Shown one piece after another: positions 35,279-48,300 of a DNA stretch of 64,000 nucleotides; position 1 is the first letter of the stretch; each line of letters starts with the position of its first letter. Origin of the DNA: Eukaryota sp. TZLM1-RC (lineage: Eukaryota > Protista > Metamonada: BaSk clade); NCBI GenBank assembly GCA_040285825.1, contig JAUPSS010000004.1, positions 5,547,784-5,611,783 of the forward strand, in the 5' to 3' direction. A model generated the notes under the pieces. That model did not search any database. It worked only from the letters and a program-made list of their open reading frames with translations, and had not been told where the DNA came from. The translations under genes were made by a program, and so were the position numbers.

Positions 35279-38200
35279 TGTTGGCGCCCTAAGGCTTTTA
35301 TAATATGAATAGAAAATAAATTATCTTTATCTCAACCACTTTTGCAACCTAAGGCAACAATAATTATTGGCCGTATTAGGTTATAGGTATACCGTTTACA
35401 CAACTCACAGCTATCAAACAGAGGATATCTTCAGCGGATATCATGTCAGTCTCTCCTCGCCAGGACGCTGACTCCAGCCAAATTTTTTACATTAGTCAGA
35501 TGCAACAGTACGATAGAGATGCTTTAAGCATATGTACAACAACAGCAGGGACTGAAGAGTCAAATAAAGAAGAGGACTCGGGCTCGAGACCACCCTCCGC
35601 CCCTCCTCATGAGAAAGAAATGGAACCAGGCACGGAACCACCTCCCGCCTCTTCCAAATCAAAAACAATGGAACCAAACACGGAACCACCTCCCGCCTCT
35701 TCCATGTCAAACAAACCAGATAAGGTTTCAGGAACGGGACCACCCCCCTCCTCACCTAAAGAAAATGTTGGGTTAAGCTCGGATACTTCGTCTGCCCTAA
35801 AGGACTACGAAGAACTCCAGTCCGTTTTAGAAGAAATGGACGACGATGAAAAAGAGCTTCGCCAACAGATAATGAAGGACGCGGAAGCTCACCTTGAACC
35901 AACAGATTACTGTCTGTTCGAGCAGCTCCCTCCCCTTTGGAAGCAAATATCAAAATCTGGTAGAAATGTGGGATTCCAGACTCTGGGCCATAAAGGATAA
36001 CCCTAATAGAGTCTACGAATTCCCTCAAAATGAGAGAAGAGAACTCATTAACGCGTTGGACACTTTGAGTAGAGAGACCTATGGACGCGGGGCAGAACGC
36101 CGTCCTAGGATAACCGGTATGGATAGAGAGATCCATATGATTCTGGCAAAACCTATCAAAGATAGGCCTGATTGGGAAGCCATTCATTTAGATCAGTTCG
36201 GGAGAAGGATCAGGTTCTTAGCCATCGAACGAAGGAGCAGAACCGATACCGACGACATCCTGGAAACCAAATTACCGGCATGGATGGACTCGTACTTTGA
36301 TACGATCATTCATAACTACTCAGAGGTAGAGGATGGGGCTCCTACTTGTTTCAGAGAATACATGGAACAAGCAGACAGCACAAATCCAAGTAAGTTGGAT
36401 CCCGTCAGTGACTTCTTTGACGCGGACGCCCTAAATAACATACTCACGGAACGTTCAAGCGTATCCACATTTAGGAGCCGCCCAAATAACTTCATTCAGC
36501 AATTCGGGGAATCAACGACAAGGAAGAAGAAGTTCAGGTTCTTGGTCACGGGTGATCAATCAACAAAGCTCCACCAGAGACCTAAACTTCCTATAATTGC
36601 CCCCATTATATCTGAAAAAGAGCAACCGGTACAAGTCTGTTCCATTGACGTACTCCCTGATCACATCCCGACAGTAGATGTGACAGAACGAACAAACAGA
36701 CCTACCAGAGTGGTTCAGGGACCATCAAGTCCCTCCCAACCTATGCTCACTAGCGCATCAGAAGACGAAGTCGAGTTGAGAGGACCTAGTTTAGATGAAA
36801 CACCTCCTCCTCAACCCCCTCGTAGAAGAGTTACTTCTGAGGAGCCTCTCCGTTTGGAAGACCTCCAAGCTTCTAGAAACATTTTGGATATGAGTATAGC
36901 AAGTAGTCTTCAGAGACATGTGGACTCTCAGCCTAGGTCAGCTGAATATAAAGCCCCTCACCTATCTGAGAAAGACCCTCTCAACAAGATGTCTCTCGTC
37001 TCCTTCCTCCTCAAATTCCAAACATGGGACAAATACGGACGCAAGATAGCCAATCGAAGCTTTCAAGCCCCTGGTCAATCTGATTGGTCTCGTGCTATGT
37101 TGATAGCAACCCAAATATTTGGTGAAGGAAAGACCCAGATTACCCCTGAGTTGTTATCATCACTCCCATCTCACATCAGAGAAGAAATAGACAGGGACAT
37201 GAAACAGCCACTCTTAAGGATCGACCCAGAACTGACGAAACGTTTGGGACCTCCTATCCATCATTATGACTTATTCAGAAGTATGATGATAAGTACTTGT
37301 CCATCCGGCTTATCAAGCATGGTCGACCCCCATCTCATCTCTAGATGGCAAGGCCAAGGACTTCTAAGACCGGACTTCTCAGACGCTGAGTTAATGGTTT
37401 TTCTGCTACGCAGGACACAATTTACCTCATATCACGAGGCTTGCTCTGCCCTAGCAAAACCATGTATAAATTGGAGAAACATCCACAACAAAGTAGATGT
37501 GGACAACGAATTTGGTAGGTTCGTCGAAGATTTTGGAGACGTCCTGAGGATGACCACTTATATGGTTGATCACTCCATATCTGCATCAATTAGGGGAAAC
37601 AGCGGTTTAATAACCCTCTCACCCGCCCTTATTGCAGAATATTTTCTCTTGGGTATAGATAATTTTGCCATTACCAAGGAGCTAGCAAGCCATTGGACAA
37701 GAGAAGATCTATGGGACCCTTCAACAGGTACAACTTTGTTAGACCTGATTTCGACCACCAGGAGACACTTTTTAGCTTGGTGCCAAACAACAGGAAATAG
37801 GCACACTATGGAACTTTTGAGAAAACAAGCTGAAAGAGAAGAAGACATCCCACTAGGCCTTTCGACCATGAGAACGTTCTCTAGAGGAGCAACCCCATCT
37901 GGTCCAGGTACTAAACGTCGCTCGGGAGGCGGATCCAAAGGAACTCCCCAAAACAAATATGTCCCAGAAAGACATGAACGAGAGGGATCTAAGTTCTGTA
38001 CATTCTGTAACGTCACCGAAGGAAATAATCCTATCGGTCACACGGTTTTCGAATGCAAAGACCCCCGTTGTACCAGGAGCAAGGTACCAAAAGAATTGAG
38101 GTTCAAGATCGGCGAGGCTGATCAGCCTGCGAGAAGTGGCAGCGTAGTTAGAGGCCGAGGTGGCCGTGGTAGACGTATTTCTAGGTTTAGAGGTAGGGGC

Positions 38201-41200
38201 CGAGGTGGCCATTTTAGAGGACATAAAGGCAGAGGTCAATATAGACCTATTTATTACATAAACACACAAGAGGATACATCATCAACATCATCCCCTTCTG
38301 AGAACGTGTCAGCTAGTTCGAGCATGACCTCTCACAGACGGATTGACCGTTTCAGCAACAGGGTCAGAAACACTGGAAACTTTCCCAATCGGAAACAAAT
38401 CAACGCAATCAATCATAATCAATCAATTGCCGATTTCGGAAACCCAGTCAACAACTCCCCAACAGCTCAACAATTCTTACTAAATCCTCTACAATTCCAC
38501 AAACCCAGCTCTGATATCAACAGTATTTTTGGTATAAATTCTACGGTTAGTGAGAACCACATCAGATCCCAGCGTTCTCCATTTCTAAGATTGGAGATTT
38601 TAATAAATAATATAAAGACGATTGCAACTATTGATTCGGCAGCGTTTTGTTCGGTTATAACAGAAGATTTGGCTAACAAATGCAACATGTCAATTAATAG
38701 AGATGATACAATTGAGTTCTTGCCAGCCAATAACGTATCAAGTAAATCGCTAGGGAGTGCAAATGGTATTCTGTCGTTCAACGTAGGAAGCATTGCGCAC
38801 CAGGTACATTATAGACATACTCTTCCCATAATCCCGGGTTCGAACAAATTATTAATAGGGATAGACATGTTAAAAACACTTGGGCTTCAGACGGATGATG
38901 GTCTTTTCATTAGATTAGACAAAGAACACCGCACTTTGTTAAATGCAGAATCTGAATTCGACTCAAGAATCGCTCAACATTCGATTGGGACCTTAGATAA
39001 CCAATCATCGAGTCCTTCCGATTTTGAGGAGCAGTTAACTAGATCTGGTTGTGAGATAAAATTAGATGATGATAATAATAAATTAAAATTAACGAGTCTA
39101 CTAAGAATTTTCAGCGATGTTTTTAGTGAAACTCCAAACAGAAAAGGAATCGATTGTAAACCTCTAACAATCCCCTTTAGAGACGAAAATGCTATAGTAC
39201 ATAAACCTGCTAGACGATTAAATCCCAGCAAAATGGAAATAGCAAACAAAATATTTGATGAACTGATTGAAATGGGCTATGCAGTTGAATCTAATTAAAA
39301 ATTCAGCTCTCCTATTGTCTTAGTTATATATCCTGACGGCAAGAAACCCAGGTTAACGGGAGACTTTAGCGGTAAAGATGGAGTCAATGCCCACACGATT
39401 TCAGTAGAACCTAATCTACCTAGGATTAGTGATATTTTAGAATTTTTAAGTAGAGCAGATTACATAGCCACGCTTGATTTACCAAAAGCTTTCTGGCAAA
39501 TGAATGTAGCAGAAAAGGACATTGAGAAAACATCAATCTCAATCCCTGGAAGGTCAATTATGTTTAAAAGAGCTTGCTTCGGATTAAAGAACATCCCAGC
39601 AGTATTTCAAAATGTAATGATGGAAATATTCCAAATTGATGGCGTTTTCATATATATTGATGATATTATAATAGTTGGAACGACTTTCGATGAATTCTAT
39701 AAGAGATTACAAAGAGTCCTCCAATGTGCCAGAAATAGACGTGTAAATATAGGTTTACGTAAATGTAAATTCGTAACATCCAAACACCCTATTGATATTT
39801 TAGGAAGCACCTTCCAGGATAAAACCAGATTTATTAGTAAAAAAATCGAAGCCTTGATGAGAATCCCTAGACCAAAATCAGTGAAAGAAGTTCGCTCATT
39901 GGTAGGATCCATCAATTATATAAGAGATTGGCTTCCAGGTATTTCCGAATTAATAGCTCCAATTAATGAGTTAATTAAAGGAAAACCTAGAGTAATAAAA
40001 TGGACCAACGAGCATGACGATTATCTTAAACAAATAAAAGATTTAATAATTAATCACATGCCCCTTGAATTACCAGCTCCGGGCAAGCGCGTACTAATAA
40101 GTACCGACGCATCAGATGTAGCAGTTGGAGGCGTTATTTGGCAAGAAATTGAACCATACTCCCCTGCAGGAACCCCGCTGAATAAAAGAAAAGTGAAACC
40201 TTTGTCGTTCTATAGTAGATTACTTACAGAAACACAAAGGAAATGGTCCACTTTACAGAAAGAATTATATGCAATTCTTCTGATTTTAACTGAAAGTTGT
40301 TTAGAAAGCTACCTTTTGACTAGACATCTAACAATTTTCACCGATCACAAAAATATTGCATTCCTGGCCACAGCCCCAGAGAAAAATAGAATTGTAAAGA
40401 GATGGCTGCCGATACTATCTGAATTCGACTTTGATATAGTCCATGAACCAGGTGAAGATAACCACTGGGCAGATATGCTATCGGGGAATATTGATTTAGA
40501 TCAAGATGAGGAAACTCCTTCTATATGTAGTATAAATATACCAGATACTTTACTTTCGAATTACGAGATACCTCCTATAGACGATGATTCTGATTCGGAC
40601 TTCGAAGACATCCCATCAATTTCATCCCTAAGTAGACACCAAGACTTACCTATTTTTTCTTCTTGGTTCTCTAAAATCAGATCTGAACAACAAATAGCCA
40701 AAAATAATAATGACCCTCTATTTGAGAATGCAATTTTAGATGAAAATACTCAAATTTGGAAAAACAATAAAAATAAAATTTTAATTCCAAAAAGCCTCAG
40801 AAAACAGGCACTATTATTAATTCATGGATTGGTTCAATCAGGCCACCCCAGCAAAAACGACAGTCTACATAAACTGTCCAAAAGCGACTTTTTCTGGCCT
40901 AATATGAGAAAGGACCTCATAAACCACATCAAAAGATGCCCAACTTGTCAAAAAAACGGCACCAGTTAAAAGAACAAAAACACCCTCCACAGGTTCCCTT
41001 TGGGCAGATCGTCCTTTGCCAGACTAAATGTTGACACAATTGGACCTCTGAATACTGATAGTGATGGTAATAAATACTTATTAGTATTTGTAGATTCTTT
41101 TACTGGATATTCAATTTTTAGTCCCTCTGAAGGAACTCAATGCCTTAGAGACCGCAGACGCTTTGATTTGGAACGTTTGCGCAATTTTTGGCATACCTAT

Positions 41201-42347
41201 GTTAATTCATAGTGATAATGGTCCTGAGTTCGCCAATGAGACTTTTTAAGATAGTGTGTAATAGATTAGCTATTGAGATGAGTAACTCAATACCCCACTA
41301 CTCTGAAAGTAATGGACTCGTAGAGCGAAAACATAGAGACGTTCTACAATGCTTGAGGAAATTATTAATAGATTTTAATGATTACGGAAATTGGTCTACT
41401 TATGTACCCATATCCCAACTATTAATAAATTCCACTAAAAGCAGAAAGACAGGTTTTACACCTTACGAACTAATGTTCGGATCTTCGATTAGTCCAAGAT
41501 CGGACCCTGCAAACATATTAGGAAACTTATCAAAATTTGATTCCAATATACCTTTATTAGACGATATTAAAATGAAAAATACTCGTCTGCAAGAAAAAAA
41601 TGAAGAAGCAGAGCGTCATCAATCATTAAATACTCCGATTTCAGTAGACAATACTAATTCGCGTTCTATAGTATTTAATATTGGTGACTATGTCCTACGT
41701 AAAACCAAACAGAATAATAAATTACATGGATCTTGGAACGGACCCTTTTTAGTAATAGACCATCCTTCCAACTCCACTTTATTATTAAAGAATCTTATCA
41801 CTGGCAGTGAATTAAAGGCTGCTAAGAAAGATTGTAAAATCTATAACGCAGATAATCCTCAGGATATCGAATTTCTAAAGGCAGTCGCAGCAGGCGATGC
41901 TGAGAAACATGTTATAGAGAAAATCCTCTCAGAATATAATTCTGACTCAGGTAGTTTCTGTACTGTTCAATGGTTTGGCGGTGAGACAACAGAAGAGCCT
42001 CTCCATTCAGTTAAACATTCAGAAGCTTACAAGTTGTTCAGCAGGAATAACAAGAAAATTGGAAAACGTACCTCTAGTCAACGTAAGAGTACCTCCAATA
42101 ACTCTACGCCTTGCAAGAGGCCTAGACGCAGTACTAGAATTAGGAAGTGATGCTAATTCTCAGTTTAGATTAGGTTATTTGTAGTTATTTAGTTATTTAG
42201 TTATTTGTTTATAGTTTAGATTCATATTTATATAAGCCTATTAGCTCTGCAAAAGGGAAGAAGCAGTGTTGGCGCCCTAAGGCTTTTATAATATGAATAG
42301 AAAATAAATTATCTTTATCTCAACCACTTTTGCAACCTAAGGCAACA
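35279..42347 (+). mobile_element. Full-length Ty3/gypsy LTR retrotransposon with a chromodomain-like tail, inserted in a 5S spacer
   Basis: Identical 81-bp LTRs TGTTG...CAACA (35279-35359, 42267-42347); TSD ATGA; polypurine tract (PPT) aaaagggaagaagcag at 42251-42266; domain order Gag-PR-RT-RH-IN. Confidence 0.95.
35443..42150 (+). pseudogene. gag-pol polyprotein, broken into five ORFs by indels and one stop
   Basis: Zn knuckle CTFC-x10-H-x4-C, RG-rich tract, protease IDSAA/LIGIDML, RT LDLPKAFWQ/FGLKN/YIDD, RNase H TDASD/KELYAI/TDHKN, integrase GHP/CPTCQ/VDTIGP/SDNG/NGLVER, chromo-like VIEKIL...VQWFG...EEP. Confidence 0.9.
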
Positions 42348-45300
42348 ATGAGTTTTTATTAATGGAATCTAATGATTCAAAAGAAAGTCAAGATTTAAAT
42401 AAATTTTGTGAAGTTTGTGATCATTTAATGTTTACATTTGCAACTATCGGTTTACTATTGGATGCGGCCATACTTGGTCTATAGCACCGGATCCCATTCC
42501 GAATTCCGAAGTTAAGCGGCCACAGGCCTGGTCAGTAGTTGGGTGGGAGACCACCAGCGAACACTGGGTGCTGCATCCTTTTGATATTTGGTTGCCTGAC
42601 AATTATTGTTTTAATTCTCTGCTTATTTAAAGCAGCGGTGCTTCAATGCGACATCACAATTTTAAAGAATTACAAATGTATTTTAATCTAGTTTTGTAAC
42701 AACAGAATCATTTCTGACATTAATTCAAATATGAGTTTTTATTAATGGAATCTGATGATTCAAAAGAAAGTCAAGATTTTTAATAAATTTTGTTAAGTTT
42801 GTGATCATTTAATGTTTACATTTGCAACTATCGGTTTACTATTGGATGCGGCCATATTTGGTCTATAGCACCGGATCCCATTCCGAATTCCGAAGTTAAG
42901 CGGCCACAGGCCTGGTCAGTAGTTGGGTGGGAGACCACCAGCGAACACTGGGTGCTGCATACTTTTGATATTTGGTTGCCTGACAATTATTGTTTTTAAT
43001 TCTCTGATTATTTTTAGGCAGTGGTGCTTCAATGCGACATCACATTTTTAAAGAATTACAAATGTGTTTTAATCTAGTTTTGTAACAACAGAATCATTTT
43101 TGACATTAATTCAAATATGAGTTTTTATTAATGGAATCTAATGATTCAAAAGAAAGTCAAGATTTAAATAAATTTTGTGAAGTTTGTGATCATTTAATGT
43201 TTACATTTGCAACTATCGGTTTACTATTGGATGCGGCCATACTTGGTCTATAGCACCAGATCCCATTCCGAATTCCGAAGATAAGCGGCCACAGGCTTGG
43301 TCAGTAGTTGGGTGGGGAGACCACCAGCGAACACTGGGTGCTGCATCCTTTTGATATTTGGTTGCCTGACAATTATTGTTTTTAATTATCTGTTTAGTTA
43401 AGGCAGCAATGCTTCAATGTGACATCATTTTTTTAAAGAATTACAAATGTATTATAATCTAATTTTGTAAAAACAGAATCATTTCTGACATTAATTCAAA
43501 TATGAGTTTTTATTAATGGAATCTAATGATTCAAAAGAAAGTCAAGATTTTAATAAATTTTGTGAAGTTTGTGATCATTTAATGTTTACATTTGCAACTA
43601 TCGCTTATTGGATGCGGCCATACTTGGTCTATAGCACCGGATCCCATTCCGAATTCCGAAGTTAAGCGGCCACAGGCCTGGTCAGTAGTTGGGTGGGAGA
43701 CCACCAGCGAACACTGGGTGCTGCGTCCTTTTGATATTTGGTTGCCTGACAATTATTGTTTTTAATTATCTGCTTAGTTAAGGCAGCAATGCTTCAATGT
43801 GACATCATTTTTTTAAAGAATTACAAATGTATTATAATCTAATTTTGTAAAAACAGAATCATTTCTGACATTAATTCAAATATGAGTTTTTATTAATGGA
43901 ATCTAATGATTCAAAAGAAAGTCAAGATTTAAATAAATTTTGTGAAGTTTGTGATCATTTAATGTTTACATTTGCAACTATCGCTTATTGGATGCGGCCA
44001 TACTTGGTCTATAGCACCGGATCCCAATCCGAATTCCGAAGATAAGCGGCCACAGGCTTGGTCAGTAGTTGGGTGGGAGACCACCAGCGAACACTGGGTG
44101 CTGCATCCTTTTGATATTTGGTTGCCTGACAATTATTGTTTTTAATTCTCTGATTATTTTAGGCAGTGGTGCTTCAATGCGACATCACATTTTTAAAGAA
44201 TTACAAATGTGTTTTAATCTAGTTTTGTAACAACAGAATCATTTCTGACATTAATTCAAATATGAGTTTTTATTAATGGAATCTAATGATTCAAAAGAAA
44301 GTCAAGATTTAAATAAATTTTGTGAAGTTTGTGATCATTTAATGTTTACATTTGCAACTATCGGTTTACTATTGGATGCGGCCATACTTGGTCTATAGCA
44401 CCGGATCCCATTCCGAATTCCGAAGTTAAGCGGCCACAGGCCTAGTCAGTAGTTGGGTGGGAGACCACCAGCGAACACTGGGTGCTGCGTCCTTTTGATA
44501 TTTGGTTGCCTGACAATTATTGTTTTTAATTATCTGCTTAGTTAAGGCAGCAATGCTTCAATGTGACATCATTTTTTTAAAGAATTACAAATGTATTATA
44601 ATCTAATTTTGTAAAAACAGAATCATTTCTGACATTAATTCAAATATGAGTTTTTATTAATGGAATCTAATGATTCAAAAAGAAAGTCAAGATTTAAATA
44701 AATTTTGTGAAATTTGTGATCATTTAATGTTTACATTTGCAACTATCGGTTTACTATTGGATGCGGCCATACTTGGTCTATAGCACCGGATCCCATTCCG
44801 AATTCCGAAGTTAAGCGGCCACAGGCCTGGTCAGTAGTTGGGTGGGAGACCACCAGCGAACACTGGGTGCTGCATCCTTTTGATATTTGGTTGCCTGACA
44901 ATTATTGTTTTAATTCTCTGCTTATTTAAAGCAGCGGTGCTTCAATGCGACATCACAATTTTAAAGAATTACAAATGTATTTTAATCTAGTTTTGTAACA
45001 ACAGAATCATTTCTGACATTAATTCAAATATGAGTTTTTATTAATGGAATCTGATGATTCAAAAGAAAGTCAAGATTTTAATAAATTTTGTTAAGTTTGT
45101 GATCATTTAATGTTTACATTTGCAACTATCGGTTTACTATTGGATGCGGCCATACTTGGTCTATAGCACCGGATCCCAATCCGAATTCCGAAGATAAGCG
45201 GCCACAGGCTTGGTCAGTAGTTGGGTGGGAGACCACCAGCGAACACTGGGTGCTGCATCCTTTTGATATTTGGTTGCCTGACAATTATTGTTTTTAATTC

Positions 45301-48300
45301 TCTGATTATTTTAGGCAGTGGTGCTTCAATGCGACATCACATTTTTAAAGAATTACAAATGTGTTTTTAATCTAGTTTTGTAACAACAGAATCATTTCTG
45401 ACATTAATTCAAATATGAGTTTTTATTAATGGAATCTAATGATTCAAAAGAAAGTCAAGATTTAAATAAATTTTGTGAAGTTTGTGATCATTTAATGTTT
45501 ACATTTGCAACTATCGGTTTACTATTGGATGCGGCCATACTTGGTCTATAGCACCGGATCCCATTCCGAATTCCGAAGTTAAGCGGCCACAGGCCTAGTC
45601 AGTAGTTGGGTGGGAGACCACCAGCGAACACTGGGTGCTGCGTCCTTTTGATATTTGGTTGCCTGACAATTATTGTTTTTAATTATCTGCTTAGTTAAGG
45701 CAGCAATGCTTCAATGTGACATCATTTTTTTAAAGAATTACAAATGTATTATAATCTAATTTTGTAAAAACAGAATCATTTCTGACATTAATTCAAATAT
45801 GAGTTTTTATTAATGGAATCTAATGATTCAAAAGAAAGTCAAGATTTAAATAAATTTTGTGAAATTTGTGATCATTTAATGTTTACATTTGCAACTATCG
45901 GTTTACTATTGGATGCGGCCATACTTGGTCTATAGCACCGGATCCCATTCCGAATTCCGAAGTTAAGCGGCCACAGGCCTGGTCAGTAGTTGGGTGGGAG
46001 ACCACCAGCGAACACTGGGTGCTGCATCCTTTTGATATTTGGTTGCCTGACAATTATTGTTTTAATTCTCTGCTTATTTAAAGCAGCGGTGCTTCAATGC
46101 GACATCACAATTTTAAAGAATTACAAATGTATTTTAATCTAGTTTTGTAACAACAGAATCATTTCTGACATTAATTCAAATATGAGTTTTTATTAATGGA
46201 ATCTGATGATTCAAAAGAAAGTCAAGATTTTAATAAATTTTGTTAAGTTTGTGATCATTTAATGTTTACATTTGCAACTATCGGTTTACTATTGGATGCG
46301 GCCATACTTGGTCTATAGCACCGGATCCCAATCCGAATTCCGAAGATAAGCGGCCACAGGCTTGGTCAGTAGTTGGGTGGGAGACCACCAGCGAACACTG
46401 GGTGCTGCATCCTTTTGATATTTGGTTGCCTGACAATTATTGTTTTTAATTCTCTGATTATTTTAGGCAGTGGTGCTTCAATGCGACATCACAATTTTAA
46501 AGAATTACAAATGTATTTTAATCTAGTTTTGTAACAACAGAATCATTTCTGACATTAATTCAAATATGAGTTTTTATTAATGGAATCTGATGATTCAAAA
46601 GAAAGTCAAGATTTTAATAAATTTTGTTAAGTTTGTGATCATTTAATGTTTACATTTGCAACTATCGGTTTACTATTGGATGCGGCCATATTTGGTCTAT
46701 AGCACCGGATCCCATTCCGAATTCCGAAGTTAAGCGGCCACAGGCCTGGTCAGTAGTTGGGTGGGAGACCACCAGCGAACACTGGGTGCTGCATACTTTT
46801 GATATTTGGTTGCCTGACAATTATTGTTTTTAATTCTCTGATTATTTTAGGCAGTGGTGCTTCAATGCGACATCACATTTTTAAAGAATTACAAATGTGT
46901 TTTAATCTAGTTTTGTAACAACAGAATCATTTTTGACATTAATTCAAATATGAGTTTTTATTAATGGAATCTAATGATTCAAAAGAAAGTCAAGATTTAA
47001 ATAAATTTTGTGAAGTTTGTGATCATTTAATGTTTACATTTGCAACTATCGGTTTACTATTGGATGCGGCCATACTTGGTCTATAGCACCAGATCCCATT
47101 CCGAATTCCGAAGATAAGCGGCCACAGGCTTGGTCAGTAGTTGGGTGGGAGACCACCAGCGAACACTGGGTGCTGCATCCTTTTGATATTTGGTTGCCTG
47201 ACAATTATTGTTTTTAATTATCTGTTTAGTTAAGGCAGCAATGCTTCAATGTGACATCATTTTTTTAAAGAATTACAAATGTATTATAATCTAATTTTGT
47301 AAAAACAGAATCATTTCTGACATTAATTCAAATATGAGTTTTTATTAATGGAATCTAATGATTCAAAAGAAAGTCAAGATTTTAATAAATTTTGTGAAGT
47401 TTGTGATCATTTAATGTTTACATTTGCAACTATCGCTTATTGGATGCGGCCATACTTGGTCTATAGCACCGGATCCCATTCCGAATTCCGAAGATAAGCG
47501 GCCACAGGCTTGGTCAGTAGTTGGGTGGGAGACCACCAGCGAACACTGGGTGCTGCATCCTTTTGATATTTGGTTGCCTGACAATTATTGTTTTAATTCT
47601 CTGCTTATTTAAAGCAGCGGTGCTTCAATGCGACATCACATTTTTAAAGAATTACAAATGTGTTTTAATCTAGTTTTGTAACAACAGAATCATTTCTGAC
47701 ATTAATTCAAATATGAGTTTTTATTAATGGAATCTAATGATTCAAAAGAAAGTCAAGATTTAAATAAATTTTGTGAAATTTGTGATCATTTAATGTTTAC
47801 ATTTGCAACTATCGGTTTACTATTGGATGCGGCCATACTTGGTCTATAGCACCGGATCCCATTCCGAATTCCGAAGATAAGCGGCCACAGGCTTGGTCAG
47901 TAGTTGGGTGGGAGACCACCAGCGAACACTGGGTGCTGCATCCTTTTGATATTTGGTTGCCTGACAATTATTGTTTTAATTCTCTGCTTATTTAAAGCAG
48001 CGGTGCTTCAATGCGACATCACAATTTTAAAGAATTACAAATGTATTTTAATCTAGTTTTGTAACAACAGAATCATTTCTGACATTAATTCAAATATGAG
48101 TTTTTATTAATGGAATCTGATGATTCAAAAGAAAGTCAAGATTTTAATAAATTTTGTTAAGTTTGTGATCATTTAATGTTTACATTTGCAACTATCGGTT
48201 TACTATTGGATGCGGCCATACTTGGTCTATAGCACCGGATCCCAATCCGAATTCCGAAGATAAGCGGCCACAGGCTTGGTCAGTAGTTGGGTGGGAGACC

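Noticed and set aside
35368-35377. PBS complementary to the 5' end of 5S rRNA (TGGCCGTATT versus GAUGCGGCCA)
   Set aside because: It needs two G-U pairs, does not involve a 3' end, is not shared by the nested element, and is explained by the intramolecular hairpin.
35894-36000. Programmed ribosomal frameshift between ORF 35443-36000 and ORF 35894-39298
   Set aside because: The sister element reads through this region in one frame (FHTLGMVGDTQKV). The break is a 2-nt loss, and most other breaks lie in homopolymers, so mutation or read error is more likely.
39296-39298. Stop-codon readthrough between PR and RT
   Set aside because: The TAA lies inside the RT domain and the sister element has TAT (Tyr) at this position.
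47424-47612. 62-aa ORF
   Set aside because: Chance frame across a 5S gene.
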